Notes: generated by a model from the letters alone, not told the origin. A stretch of DNA of 64,000 nucleotides from Chthoniobacterales bacterium (GCA_038207335.1 JBBQZX010000030.1:14063-78062); one strand, 5' to 3'; shown: positions 48,298 to 58,640, numbered from the stretch's first letter. Translations and numbers: made by a program.

Positions 48298-49547
48298 CCG
48301 GCTTCGTGCGAGCTTTCGCCGTCTTCATCGTTATTTTTGCGTGGGCGCGAGCAGACGAGGGCGCTCCGTCGGTGGGAGAATCGAGCCATGCAGTCGCCGA
48401 TCTCAATCAATGGGTCGCGCAGCCGATCGAACTCAGAGGGAAGATTGGCGAGCAAGGCTTCGCGACAGTCCCACTCACAAAGTCCGACACCGCACACGCG
48501 AAGCAAATCCTCTGGGAGGACCACTGTTCTTTCATCCGAAGAACCCGAGAAGAGGAGATGAAGGCGAAAGTGATCGAAATCGGAAAATTGAGGATGAAAT
48601 TCGACACCGTAAACTTTGGTTCGAGCGACCAACTTCCGAGTGGAGGGCGCAGCCTTTTTCTCTCGATGCACGGAGGCGGGAACACAGCTCCAGCCGTGAA
48701 TGAATCTCAGTGGGTGAATCAAGTTAGGCTGGCGCAGGCGTATCATCCGAAAGAAGGCATCTATCTGGCTCCTCGTGCGCCAACCGATACATGGAATCTG
48801 TGGCACGAAGCCCACATCGACCAATTCTTCGCACGTCTGATCGAAAACCTCATCGTGCTGGAAAACGTGAACCCTGACCGGGTTTACATCATGGGATATT
48901 CAGCAGGCGGCGATGGAGTCTATCAGCTTGCTCCACGAATGGCGGATCGATGGGCGGCAGCGGCGATGATGGGAGGCCATCCGAATGAAGCCTCACCGCT
49001 GGGCCTCAGAAATATCGGATTCGCTCTTCAGGTTGGCGCGAATGATGGCGCGTATCACCGAAACGAAATTGCATCCGAGTGGGGCAAGCGACTGGATGAC
49101 TTGCAAAAATCCGATCCGACCGGTTACGCGCATTTCACCGAGTTGCATGAAGGAAAAGGTCATTGGATGGACCTTGATGACAAGAAGGCAATTCCATGGA
49201 TGGAGAAGTTCACCCGCAGCCCAATCCCGGAAAAGGTCGTGTGGCACCAAGGCGACGTGACGCACGAAGAGTTTTACTGGCTTGGAGTCCAACAAGCGAA
49301 GGTGGATCAGAACATCACCGCGACTCGGAATGCACAGAGTATGCAATTATGGGCGAAAGACGCGGGAACAGTGGTTGTTCGACTCAACGACGACATGCTC
49401 GACTTGGACCAGCCTGTGACCATTGAACGAGACGGTGAGAAGGTTTGCGATTCAGTCGTGAAGCGGACGATCTCCACTCTCGCGAAGACGCTGCAAACTC
49501 GCGGAGACCCCGAGTTAATGTTTTCCGCCGAAGTCACAATAAAGTAA
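48294..49547 (+). CDS. Secreted alpha/beta hydrolase (peptidase/esterase-like)
   Basis: Signal peptide; HGGG, GYSAGG and GKGHW motifs. Confidence 0.85.
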   Translation: MTGFVRAFAVFIVIFAWARADEGAPSVGESSHAVADLNQWVAQPIELRGKIGEQGFATVPLTKSDTAHAKQILWEDHCSFIRRTREEEMKAKVIEIGKLRMKFDTVNFGSSDQLPSGGRSLFLSMHGGGNTAPAVNESQWVNQVRLAQAYHPKEGIYLAPRAPTDTWNLWHEAHIDQFFARLIENLIVLENVNPDRVYIMGYSAGGDGVYQLAPRMADRWAAAAMMGGHPNEASPLGLRNIGFALQVGANDGAYHRNEIASEWGKRLDDLQKSDPTGYAHFTELHEGKGHWMDLDDKKAIPWMEKFTRSPIPEKVVWHQGDVTHEEFYWLGVQQAKVDQNITATRNAQSMQLWAKDAGTVVVRLNDDMLDLDQPVTIERDGEKVCDSVVKRTISTLAKTLQTRGDPELMFSAEVTIK

Positions 49548-49723
49548 TCCGCCAATCCACACGAGTATGCGCTACCAATGAAATAGAAGATCTTGTGGAA
49601 GGCGAAGATGACGTTTTGTTCTTAGCCAGCGCGGTGGCCATCGATATCGTGTGCCACGGCGACAAGGAACACTCATGGCTGATCCCAAGGTAAGAAAATC
49701 CACTACCTTCAATTTTCATCGAC

Positions 49724-49960
49724 TCAGTGCTGACGCAGAGACCTCTCGCGGCGGCGAATGATCGCTAGCGTCACAATAGCGGCTGCCGCGCAAATCATCG
49801 CTCCCACCGCAAGGGTGGCAGGCACTCCGCCAATCTGAGCCAAGAGGCCTGCCTGAAGGCTTCCCAAGGGCATCATCCCACCAGAGACGAGCGCCCAGAG
49901 CCCATGACTCGACCCCGCATTTCCTCCAGCACAGTCGTCTCCACGGCCGAGTTGGAGGTC
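49724..49960 (-). pseudogene. MFS transporter C-terminal fragment with frameshift
   Basis: SNSAVETTVLEEMRGRVMG | WALVSGGMMPLGSLQAG. Confidence 0.7.
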
Positions 49961-50211
49961 ATGTTCACTGAAAAATTCCAAATCGTTTGGATGATCGAAC
50001 GTAAATGGCAGGCCGCGAAATCTGTGGACTGATTACGTCGGCATCAATATGGACACACCGCGTAAACGCCGCACCTGCTCTCGACGAGCAGCGGACATTG
50101 AATGTTCTGAGTGGCGTGCTCGAAAGGACTCAGCGTGAACATCTGTACTGAGTTACCTTTCAATCGAATCAGTAAGCTCGCCAAGTCTTCGGTGCTAAAG
50201 CCGTCTCGGAT
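49958..50211 (-). pseudogene. Degenerate partial homolog of the YkgJ-family gene at 40278-40937
   Basis: FSTEDLASLLIRLK...LSPFEHATQNIQCPLLV..C.VY...Y*CRR..STDFAAC | FDHPNDLEF aligns with the intact gene. Confidence 0.85.
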
Positions 50212-50298
50212 GACGGGAAGGCGGAGCTATGCAACCAATGCGGTCGCGAAGGTTGACTTTCCCGCGCCGACAGAACCAAGTATCACAATGCGCCACAT
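50209..50298 (-). pseudogene. P-loop kinase (adenylate-kinase-like) N-terminal stub
   Basis: MWRIVILGSVGAGKSTFATALVA*LRLPVI. Confidence 0.65.
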
Positions 50299-50329
50299 CT
50301 CGTCGATTCCTTGCTTACCAGCAAGCGGG

Positions 50330-51238
50330 TCAGTGAGATTCGGCGATGAAGCCGTGTTGGCGCAGCCAGAACTCGCAATCCTTCGTCCACGGATGAAGCG
50401 TCGCACTAGAAGCATACGGCTTCCCACCCAACCCGAGGCCGATTCCGTGCTTTCCTTTTTCGTAAAGGTGAAGGTCGAAGGGAATTCCGCCTGCACGCAA
50501 AGCACCAGCGAAGGCAAGGGCATTTTCCAAGGGAACAACTGGATCTTCCACGGTTTGCCAGATGAAGCAGGGTGGCGTTTCGGGCCGCACGTTCTTGACC
50601 GGCGAGAAGCGCGACGCCACTTCGTCAGAAGCGTCCTTGCCCAGAGAAGCCTCACGCCACTTTGCATCGGTCGTCATCTTCTGCTCAAAGAGGATGAATC
50701 CGTAGCAGATAATCGTCGCGTCGGGCCGGGAGCTGACGCGCTCAATGGGATCAGCGGAATCAGGTTTTCCCGCATCGAACTGCGTCGAGAGCACCGCCGC
50801 CAGGTGACCTCCTGCGGAAGATCCAATGACTCCGACGCGCTTGGAGTCCAGCTTCCACTCCGCAGCATTCGCTCGGATAGTTCGGACGGCTCGCGCGGCA
50901 TCTTGGATTATTTCCTGTTGGTGGTAACCCCCGGGGTAAAGCCGGTATTTGAGCACAAAAGCCGTGATGCCGAGATCGTTGAGCCAGCGGGCGTAAGCTT
51001 CTCCCTCATGCGGAGCGAGCATGCGCCAACCGCCGCCGGGAAAGACGATGACGGTCGCTCCCGAAGTTTTTTCTGGAGCAGGCCAGTACGGCGTGAGCGT
51101 AGGAATGTCTTTCGGTTCGTTGCCCAATGCACCTGGAGTTTGACCTTCAGGCCACAACGGGAATTCTGCCGTAGGCGGGGATCCGGCGTGTGTGAGTGTG
51201 GTGAGGGAGAGAAAAGCCAGGAGGAAACGGAATTTCAT
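50330..51238 (-). CDS. Secreted alpha/beta hydrolase (carbohydrate-esterase-like)
   Basis: PGGGW, GSSAGGHLA and HGIGL motifs. Confidence 0.9.
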   Translation of the reverse strand: MKFRFLLAFLSLTTLTHAGSPPTAEFPLWPEGQTPGALGNEPKDIPTLTPYWPAPEKTSGATVIVFPGGGWRMLAPHEGEAYARWLNDLGITAFVLKYRLYPGGYHQQEIIQDAARAVRTIRANAAEWKLDSKRVGVIGSSAGGHLAAVLSTQFDAGKPDSADPIERVSSRPDATIICYGFILFEQKMTTDAKWREASLGKDASDEVASRFSPVKNVRPETPPCFIWQTVEDPVVPLENALAFAGALRAGGIPFDLHLYEKGKHGIGLGLGGKPYASSATLHPWTKDCEFWLRQHGFIAESH

Positions 51239-51356
51239 AGGTTCACCTTAACGTGTCGTGCCCGGCGGGCGAGAACATCCGCGGCGCTACGCATCGAGGT
51301 TAGCCTTGCCAGTTGAACTTGAGGCGAACCCCGCCAGCCGCTACGAAGAATTCACG

Positions 51357-52565
51357 ATGCCTGCCATTTTGTTGCCTGCTTTGCGTTCTTCGGTCTGGAA
51401 GCGCGGGGGCCTCTTCGTGGCGACGTGTATTTTCAGCATCTCGATCCTCGCTGGAGGCCTGCTATTCGGTTTCGAGCCTGGGAAGCTCACTGAGATCGAT
51501 GAGGCCATTCAAAGCGCGGTTCGAGAAGGCCGGTGTCCTGGCGCGGTCCTTTGGCTGGAGCACGATGGGCAGTCATACCACAAGGCTTATGGACAACGAA
51601 TGGTCGAGCCGGTGGTCGAAGATATGACAGAGGACACGATCTTTGATGTCGCATCGCTCACAAAGGTGCTGGCGACTGCTCCTTCGGTCATGAAGCTCTT
51701 GGAAGCAGGAAAGGTGGAACTCGATACTCCGGTTGTCCGTTACATTCCTGAGTTCACCGGCAGCGGCAAGGAACGGATTACCCTTCGTCATTTGCTCACC
51801 CACACGTCTGGACTGCGTGCAGGATTACCCACCAAGCCCGCATGGACAGGCAGAGCCAGCGCGATCGACCTTGCATGCGCCGAGCCGCTTCCGAACGAGC
51901 CCGGAACGATGTTCCGCTACAGCGACATCAATTTCATTTTGCTCGGCGAGATCGTGCGTCGCGTGAGTGGTCGTCCGCTGAATGAATATGCGAGATCTGA
52001 GTTCTACGAACCGCTCAAGATGAGTGACACCTCGTTCAATCCATCGACTACGAGCAAAGCCCGGATTGCTCCTACATCTTGGGCGGGTGGAGAAATGCTG
52101 CGCGGCATCGTTCACGATCCCACAGCCCGCCGCATGGGTGGTGTCGCTGGACATGCAGGGCTCTTCGCGACGGCTGCGGATATCGCGCGCTATGCGCGGA
52201 TGCTCTTGCGTCATGGAAACCTGGACGATGCTCAGATCTTCAAGTCCGAGACAGTCGCGATGATGACCAGCGTTCAGACTCCCCGAGGAGTGAAGCAAGC
52301 GCGCGGTCTGGGCTGGGACATCGATTCGCCGTATTCCAGCCCACGGGGAGAACTCTTCCCGATTGGAGGTTTCGGACATACCGGATGGACCGGCGGATCG
52401 GTTTGGGTCGATCCAGGTTCCAAGACATTTGTGATCTTTCTCTGCAACCGGGTGCATCCGAGCGACGGTGGCAACGTGATCAAGCTATGGAAGACGCTTG
52501 GGACGCTCGCTGCACAGGCGGTGGGGCTCGCGCCCGAGAAGTCCACCGGTTCGGATACCCAGTAG
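51357..52565 (+). CDS. Serine hydrolase, beta-lactamase family
   Basis: ASLTK, LLTHTSGL, YSDIN, GHAGLF and GHTGWTG motifs. Confidence 0.92.
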   Translation: MPAILLPALRSSVWKRGGLFVATCIFSISILAGGLLFGFEPGKLTEIDEAIQSAVREGRCPGAVLWLEHDGQSYHKAYGQRMVEPVVEDMTEDTIFDVASLTKVLATAPSVMKLLEAGKVELDTPVVRYIPEFTGSGKERITLRHLLTHTSGLRAGLPTKPAWTGRASAIDLACAEPLPNEPGTMFRYSDINFILLGEIVRRVSGRPLNEYARSEFYEPLKMSDTSFNPSTTSKARIAPTSWAGGEMLRGIVHDPTARRMGGVAGHAGLFATAADIARYARMLLRHGNLDDAQIFKSETVAMMTSVQTPRGVKQARGLGWDIDSPYSSPRGELFPIGGFGHTGWTGGSVWVDPGSKTFVIFLCNRVHPSDGGNVIKLWKTLGTLAAQAVGLAPEKSTGSDTQ

Positions 52566-53174
52566 AACACAGTTCATCTGACGCGTTTTTGCGGAATGAA
52601 ATCTGCCTTGAGAATTGGCTCATCCGAAGTCTGTAATCGATCCTCCACCCGCAGAAGAAACTCGAACGAGCCGTGCAGGATGATCTCGTCCTCGATGCTC
52701 CTTCCTCATGCCCTCAATGCCGCAAGCTAATGGTGACACGGATGTGGAAGAGAGGGCTTAAAGCAGATTCGCGATTCTGGGCTGCGCTCAATTTCCTTTG
52801 TAACGGGGGGACGGGGGGATGACCTGATTGAGATCAACACGGCGATCAAACCGCCCGACGAGGTCGAAAAAAGTCGGCGCTCAAAAATGACCCTCTGTCG
52901 GGTGTTCTCGGGCCAGCGCGGTGACGACATCCGGAAAAAGTCACCGGTTTTGCGGGTCCGCGACATTAATGACTTCCGCGAACATTGGTGCACATTGATC
53001 GGCTCAAAATCCGGTTTTTCGAGGTTGGATCCGCCCACTGCCGCGGAAAAACCGGGAGGCAACTGGCATCCTCTTGTCAAAACATCCATGAACATCCTCA
53101 GACTTCGCTGACATGCTGTAGATTTTGTTGAAAGCAACTGACACTATTTCAGCAAAGTCCTCATAATCAGAGAA

Positions 53175-53198
53175 GTGGAGGCGAGGGGAGTTGAACCC
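53175..53198 (-). other. tmRNA (ssrA) 3'-end-like fragment, candidate attachment-site core
   Basis: Minus strand GGGTTCAACTCCCCTCGCCTCCAC: T-loop plus acceptor 3' strand, without a complete 5' T-stem partner. Confidence 0.65.
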
Positions 53199-53392
53199 GC
53201 GCGAACCGATACAGACCCCGCTATATGATGCGGTCCATCAGAGTAAGGTGATTTTGGTCGTCATATAGCGCGGTTTGGTTGAGTGGTTTTTGTCACAGAT
53301 TGTCACGTGCCATTCGACGACCCGCCCAAGATTCGCGGGCCTACGGCTGGTGGCGTATTTCGGGATTTGCACGACGCGCGCAAAGTCGCGCC

Positions 53393-53878
53393 ATGAAAAC
53401 AACCCAGCCAACCCTCCTCAGCCATCTCCTCCTCTCCGCGACGCAAGCCATGCGAGAAATGTTCCGCCCGCGCCAAGCCGCACTGCACGGCGCGCGCGCC
53501 AGCGTCCTCTGCTTTCGCCCCGCGCACCGCTACAATGCGGAGGGCAAACTCGAGCACCAATTTCTCGTCGATGCGCTCATCGAGCCCGCGGGCGAAGACA
53601 GGGCCTGGACGCCCGGCGAGCTCACCATGTTGCCGCCGGAAGCCGCCGCGACGCTAATCGAACGCAATGAGCATGCCGATGATCTTTGCGCCGTCCTCAC
53701 CGCCGAGATCGTGGAAAATCGCCGCTTCGTCCCGGCCGGTGATCGCACGGTCCGCGGCACGCGCCGCATCCGCCTCCGCGTCGCGGTCCGCGATGGTCTC
53801 GCGCATCTTTGCTTCCGCCATCGCGACGCCGTCTTCGGCGAAGTGCTCCTCCCGGCGGGCCTGCCTTGCGTCCTCTAG
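53393..53878 (+). CDS. Hypothetical protein
   Basis: 161-aa ORF with host-like codon bias. Confidence 0.6.
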   Translation: MKTTQPTLLSHLLLSATQAMREMFRPRQAALHGARASVLCFRPAHRYNAEGKLEHQFLVDALIEPAGEDRAWTPGELTMLPPEAAATLIERNEHADDLCAVLTAEIVENRRFVPAGDRTVRGTRRIRLRVAVRDGLAHLCFRHRDAVFGEVLLPAGLPCVL

Positions 53879-53950
53879 CTTCGGGAAGCGCGGAATTTCG
53901 GGCAGCCCGCGCTGCTCGCCAGCCTCCAGAAAAATCAAATAGACAGCGCC

Positions 53951-54813
53951 ATGAGCAAAGACTTCACCGGCCCGGCAGAGATCGTGCGGACGGTCACTCA
54001 TCGCGGCTGCGAACTCGCCTTTGTGGTGCGCGGGGAAGGCCCGCCGGTGGTCTTCATTCAAGGCGTGGCGGTGCATGGCGGCGGTTGGCGTCCGCAAGTC
54101 GAGGCGCTGTCGCAGCGACACGCGTGCCTCACGTTCGACAACCGCGGGATGGGCCGTAGCCAGCCACGCGGCGACGCAAAAGTGAGCGTCGAGGCGATGG
54201 CCGAAGACACCCTGCGGATCATGGATGCGCAGGGCTGGGCAAGCGCACATCTGGTCGGGCATTCGCTCGGCGGTGTGGTCGCGCTCCACGTCGCGCTGAC
54301 GGCGCGGGAACGCGTGCGGAGTCTCGCGCTGCTCTGCACTTTCGCGCGTGGCCGCGATGCGACGCGACTCTCGTGGCCGATGCTTTCGGCGGGCTCCGCT
54401 CGCGGATCGGTCCGCGACGCTTGCGGCGGCTCGCTTTCCTGGAAATCGTGATGCCGCGCGACCATCTGGCGCGCTGTGATCGCGAGGCTTTGGCGGAAGA
54501 ATTGTCGGCGCTTTTTGGCCATGATCTCGGCGACACGCCGCCGATCACTGGCGCGCAACTCTCAGCACTTCGCGCCTACGACTGCACCCCGCGTCTTGCT
54601 GAACTCGCCGGCCTCCCGACACTCGTCGTGAGCGCGCGGCATGATCTCATCGCGCGGCCGGACAGCGGTCGCGCACTCGCCGCAGGCATCCCCGGCGCGC
54701 GTTACGTCGAGTTGCCGGATGCCGCGCATGCCGCGCCAATTCTCCACGCGCACGAAATCAACGAGCTTCTCGCGACGCACCTCGCCGAGGCGGAGACTCG
54801 CCGCGAACCCTGA
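53951..54813 (+). pseudogene. Alpha/beta hydrolase split by a 1-nt frameshift near 54392
   Basis: DNRGMG and GHSLGG in the first frame; PTLVVSARHD and AAHAAP in the second; the break lies in a short G run. Confidence 0.82.
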
Positions 54814-54875
54814 ATCCAACAGGCTTCGCGGGCTGCTTCACTTCCCCGAAACATTCCCGGCGCAGCGCGCGAGAT

Positions 54876-55397
54876 TCACTTCCGCCGCAGTCGGCGGACT
54901 TCGCGTTCGATCGCGCGGATATTGTCCTCCTTGCTCTCGGAACCGAAATGTTTGACGCGGCGGCCGAAGCGAAGTTCGAGCTGGTGTGAGCCGCCTTCGT
55001 CTCCCGCATCGTGGTAGATGCACTTCGGCGCAGAGACCAATTCCCCGTGCGTCGCGCGCCAGCGCCAGAGCACGAAACCGGTGAAGAGCCGATATTGAAA
55101 CTCGACCGTTTCGCGCGTGACGATGAGTCGCTCCGTCGTCGCGGCGAAGGCGAAGAGCGCGAGGAATGCGCAGCCGAGCGCGGTCATGAAAAGCGAGCCC
55201 AACGCGCTGAGCACGCGACCTTGCGCCAGCAAATATCCGACGCCCGAGAGACCCGAAATTGCCCACCCGATCATCGCGATCACGCCCGCGCTGCCGAGCC
55301 ACCACGAGCCGACCTTCGTCCGGATTTCGAGACGGTCTTCCGACGATTCGATAAGGCAAAGATCCGTCGGCTGGAGAAGCGAAGAAGCGTCGATCAC
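54876..55397 (-). CDS. Hypothetical two-TM membrane protein
   Basis: Two hydrophobic helices followed by a beta-rich domain. Confidence 0.7.
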   Translation of the reverse strand: MIDASSLLQPTDLCLIESSEDRLEIRTKVGSWWLGSAGVIAMIGWAISGLSGVGYLLAQGRVLSALGSLFMTALGCAFLALFAFAATTERLIVTRETVEFQYRLFTGFVLWRWRATHGELVSAPKCIYHDAGDEGGSHQLELRFGRRVKHFGSESKEDNIRAIEREVRRLRRK

Positions 55398-55459
55398 GGA
55401 CTCGTTGCAACACGCGCGGCAGCGCCGGCAAATTCGAAAGTGTGGGACATAACAGAAAT

Positions 55460-57934
55460 TTAAATCACGCGGATCGTCACGTCGCCGGTGATCGGGCTCA
55501 GTTCGATCGGGGTCGCGCCCGGCTGGTAAGTTTTGCCGGCGATTTTCACCGGGCCGATCGAGTGCGCGACGAATCCAAAATGATCGTTCACGGCGGCGCT
55601 CCCGAGCACCTGCCCCGCGATCGTGATCGCGGCGATGCGCGAGAAATTGTTCATGGGCAGCGCTTCGTCATCGGCAGTCGCGGTCAGCAGGTCCACTCCG
55701 GGACCGATGCCGGCCACGATACTGGACGAGATCCAGTCGCCGCCGACAGTGACCGGGCCGAGCGTCGTGTCGGGCACCAAGCCCGTGTAAGAGACGTTGT
55801 GAACGCCGCTCCCGATGAAGACGTTCTCCACGTTGCCATGGACGCTGAGGCTGGCGAATCCGCGCGTGGGGACGCTCGTGGAGGTGTTGAATAGGATCCG
55901 CGTTTCCGCTGACTGGGGCCCACGGAGGTCGCCGCCGACACGGATCGCGCCGACGCCCTCGCTAAATTGGAAAATGGGGATGACTCCTGCCCGCCCCACG
56001 ATGTCGCCGCCGACCGTGATGCTCGGTGCGAACTCCGCGCGGAGATTCGAATCTCCGACGCCCAGACTGCCGAGGATACTGCCGCCGATTTTCACCACCC
56101 CGAGCGAATGGACGGCATCGAGGGAGCCGCCGGTAACATCCGACCGCAACGAACCGCCGATATTGATGAAATCGAAGCTGCCCTTCGTCGCGAAAAAGTA
56201 GCCGGTCACGTCGCCCACCACGTTGACGCTGCCGAATGAGCTCGCGCGGACAATGCTCTCCTCGCTGCCGCCGATTTGAAAAAAGCCGAGCCTCCCCTTC
56301 ACGATCACCCCGCCGCTGTAGGTCCCGGGGCCGACGTGCAATGAGCCGCCGATCCTGATGGCACCTGCGTTCCCGCGGATATCGATCGCGGTGGCCTGCG
56401 TTGTCCCGCCGGTCACCGAGCCGTGGATTTGCAGCGATTGGACATTGCCGCCGACGAAGAACTGACCGTGCGTTAAAGTGCCGCCTTCGCTGGATTCCTG
56501 CACTTCGCCGGCAATCGTCGCAATGCCGAGATCGCCGGCGATGCTGACCTGCGGGAGGATGTTCGTCAGGCCGCTGACGCCGGTGGTTCCGATGATCGAG
56601 CCTTTGATTGCGAGCTTCGCAATCGACGTCGCCTCGAGCCGTCCGCCGCCGAAAGCGCTGCCCATCAAGTCGCCGCCGATGGTGACCAGCGGCGTGTGGC
56701 CGGCAATCACTTCGCCCGCGGGAAAGGAGAGCTGCCCCAATGCTGCACCGCCGCCGATCAGCGAGCCGCCGAGCGTGAAGGAAGGCGCGCCGGTGCCGAG
56801 GTCCACGATCGCCGAGGCGAAGCCGGTGCCGCCCAGGATGTCGCCGCCGACCTTCACGGGCGCTGAAACCGCGCCGAACTTAATCTGCCAAAACTCGGTG
56901 ATGATGGGAAGCTGCGAGCCGCTCCCGCCGCGGATGTCGTGGCCGACGATGAATCCCGCGGCGGTGCCGCCGACGATGATTTGCCCCGAACGATCGCCCA
57001 CCCCGCCGCACACGTCGCCGGCGATCTTGATCGCGCCGGAGTTGCCGCCAATGTAGATGCCGCCGCTGAATTTCCCCGCGCCTCCGACGAGCGATCCGCC
57101 GACCGTGATCGCGCCCGCGTTGCCCCCGATCTCGATCGCCTTTTGCTCGGAAACCGCGCCGATGATGTCGTGGCCGACGCTGATCGGACCCGCATTCCCG
57201 CTGGCAAAAATTTGCCCCTGATTGTCGGCCTTCGCGTCGAGCGCCCCGTAGAGCGAGCCGCCGATTTTCACGCTGCCGAGATCGCCGAAGCTCACGATCT
57301 TTCCGCTCTCGTCGCCTTTGCCGGCAAAGACGTCTCCGCCGATCTTCACGCTGCCGATTCCGCCTGCGAGGAGGCGCGCGGAGGAGAAGTTCCCGTCGCC
57401 CCCAAGATCACCGCCGATGCTGATGGCACCGGCCTTTCCGGTCACTTGCAGACTGATGCCCAGGACGCTCCCCGCGACGTTCAGCGCTCCGAGATCGCCG
57501 GTGACGACCGAGTAGAGATCGAAGCCGCCCTGCGTCGCCACGTTGTAATTTCCAATCGAGCGCGCGGTGAGCGACTTCAATCCCGGCCGCGGATTGTTCA
57601 CGTTGCCGCAGACGATCTTCCCGAGGTCGCCGGGCACCGTCACCGCGCCGAGATCGAGCCCCGGCGCCATGATGCGACCGATGTTCACGAGCCCGTCGCC
57701 CGTCGCGGATTTCGTGACGGCGAAGGCGAGGCTCGCGCCATCGTGCCCCACGCCCGAGACGAGGATTTCCGCCGGGTTGCCGGTCGCCGTAAAACTCACG
57801 GTCGCCGTGAGAGCCTGATCGGAGCTGACTTTCACGACATCGCCATCGATATCGGTAAACGTCAAAATCGCTGCTGGCGCGATCCGCGACTCGAGCATTT
57901 CGATGGCCGCGGGAAATGGGTGCCTCGTTTTCAT
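55460..57934 (-). CDS. Gly-rich beta-solenoid-like repeat protein with N-terminal LESRIAPA motif
   Basis: IEMLESRIAPAAILTFTDIDGD; many IGG(S/D)xxGG repeats; ends PIELSPITGDVTIRVI. Confidence 0.85.
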   Translation of the reverse strand: MKTRHPFPAAIEMLESRIAPAAILTFTDIDGDVVKVSSDQALTATVSFTATGNPAEILVSGVGHDGASLAFAVTKSATGDGLVNIGRIMAPGLDLGAVTVPGDLGKIVCGNVNNPRPGLKSLTARSIGNYNVATQGGFDLYSVVTGDLGALNVAGSVLGISLQVTGKAGAISIGGDLGGDGNFSSARLLAGGIGSVKIGGDVFAGKGDESGKIVSFGDLGSVKIGGSLYGALDAKADNQGQIFASGNAGPISVGHDIIGAVSEQKAIEIGGNAGAITVGGSLVGGAGKFSGGIYIGGNSGAIKIAGDVCGGVGDRSGQIIVGGTAAGFIVGHDIRGGSGSQLPIITEFWQIKFGAVSAPVKVGGDILGGTGFASAIVDLGTGAPSFTLGGSLIGGGAALGQLSFPAGEVIAGHTPLVTIGGDLMGSAFGGGRLEATSIAKLAIKGSIIGTTGVSGLTNILPQVSIAGDLGIATIAGEVQESSEGGTLTHGQFFVGGNVQSLQIHGSVTGGTTQATAIDIRGNAGAIRIGGSLHVGPGTYSGGVIVKGRLGFFQIGGSEESIVRASSFGSVNVVGDVTGYFFATKGSFDFINIGGSLRSDVTGGSLDAVHSLGVVKIGGSILGSLGVGDSNLRAEFAPSITVGGDIVGRAGVIPIFQFSEGVGAIRVGGDLRGPQSAETRILFNTSTSVPTRGFASLSVHGNVENVFIGSGVHNVSYTGLVPDTTLGPVTVGGDWISSSIVAGIGPGVDLLTATADDEALPMNNFSRIAAITIAGQVLGSAAVNDHFGFVAHSIGPVKIAGKTYQPGATPIELSPITGDVTIRVI

Positions 57935-57969
57935 GCGAAGAATCTGGGCCGAATTCCGGGGTCACGAAA

Positions 57970-57985
57970 TACGCCGTCGGACGTA
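57970..57985 (-). promoter_or_regulatory. TACG-N8-CGTA box, copy 1
   Basis: TACGTCCGACGGCGTA on the minus strand, 35 nt upstream of ATG 57934. Confidence 0.75.
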
Positions 57986-57993
57986 GGCCGCGC

Positions 57994-58605
57994 CTACTTC
58001 CCGGAAAGGCGGACGCGGAGCGCGGAAAAGAAGCCGACGATAAAAAATACGCCGATGGCCAAACCGAGCAGCAGGCCAACCACACCGCCTGCGAGGTCAC
58101 CGATGGGATTTGACGCCCACCAGCGTTCCGTCTCCCGCACGGTCAGCCCCGCGCTTGGCTCACCATGTCCGGTGAGATAGTCGCGCATGTGAAACCTTTC
58201 TCGCAGGTGCGAAGTGTGGCGCAGGATCAGCGCATCGTGACCGTCCTTGTCCACGAAGACGGTCAGCACCTCCACCTGCGACGCGGGATGCGGATCGGAC
58301 GGATCGAAGTCGCCGCGCGTGGTGATCGTCCGCTCCTTAACATCCACGATCTGTGGCAAGCGTCGTTGCCACACGGGCAGTCCAAAGAACCGCCAATGGA
58401 CCGTCGCCGGTGCCCCCGGTTCCGCCGTGCGCGGCTCGAAGTGGAGATCGCGAAAGCTGAAGGCTTGCACGATTCCCACCGCACCCGCGAAGCCCGCGAG
58501 CGATATGGTGAAAAAGATCAGCAGCTCCAGGACGGTGGCGCGACGGGGCGACGGCTGGCGAGGCGTGGGACGCGGGTGGGTCACAGTCCGAGTGGTGGTA
58601 TTCAT
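57994..58605 (-). CDS. Hypothetical two-TM membrane protein
   Basis: N- and C-terminal hydrophobic helices flanking a soluble domain. Confidence 0.7.
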   Translation of the reverse strand: MNTTTRTVTHPRPTPRQPSPRRATVLELLIFFTISLAGFAGAVGIVQAFSFRDLHFEPRTAEPGAPATVHWRFFGLPVWQRRLPQIVDVKERTITTRGDFDPSDPHPASQVEVLTVFVDKDGHDALILRHTSHLRERFHMRDYLTGHGEPSAGLTVRETERWWASNPIGDLAGGVVGLLLGLAIGVFFIVGFFSALRVRLSGK

Positions 58606-58640
58606 GGATGTGGAGAGGGAGCCCTAAGCAGTCGAATGGG

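Larger units (their letters stand above)
11524..53310. mobile_element. Decayed, probably composite genomic island region
   Basis: tRNA plus integrase remnant at left, tmRNA-3'-like fragment at right, IS110 remnant, many gene fragments, patchy codon bias. Confidence 0.55.

Noticed and set aside
52727..53137. ORFs next to the tmRNA-like fragment as an integrase
   Set aside because: No recognisable recombinase motifs in the translated frames.
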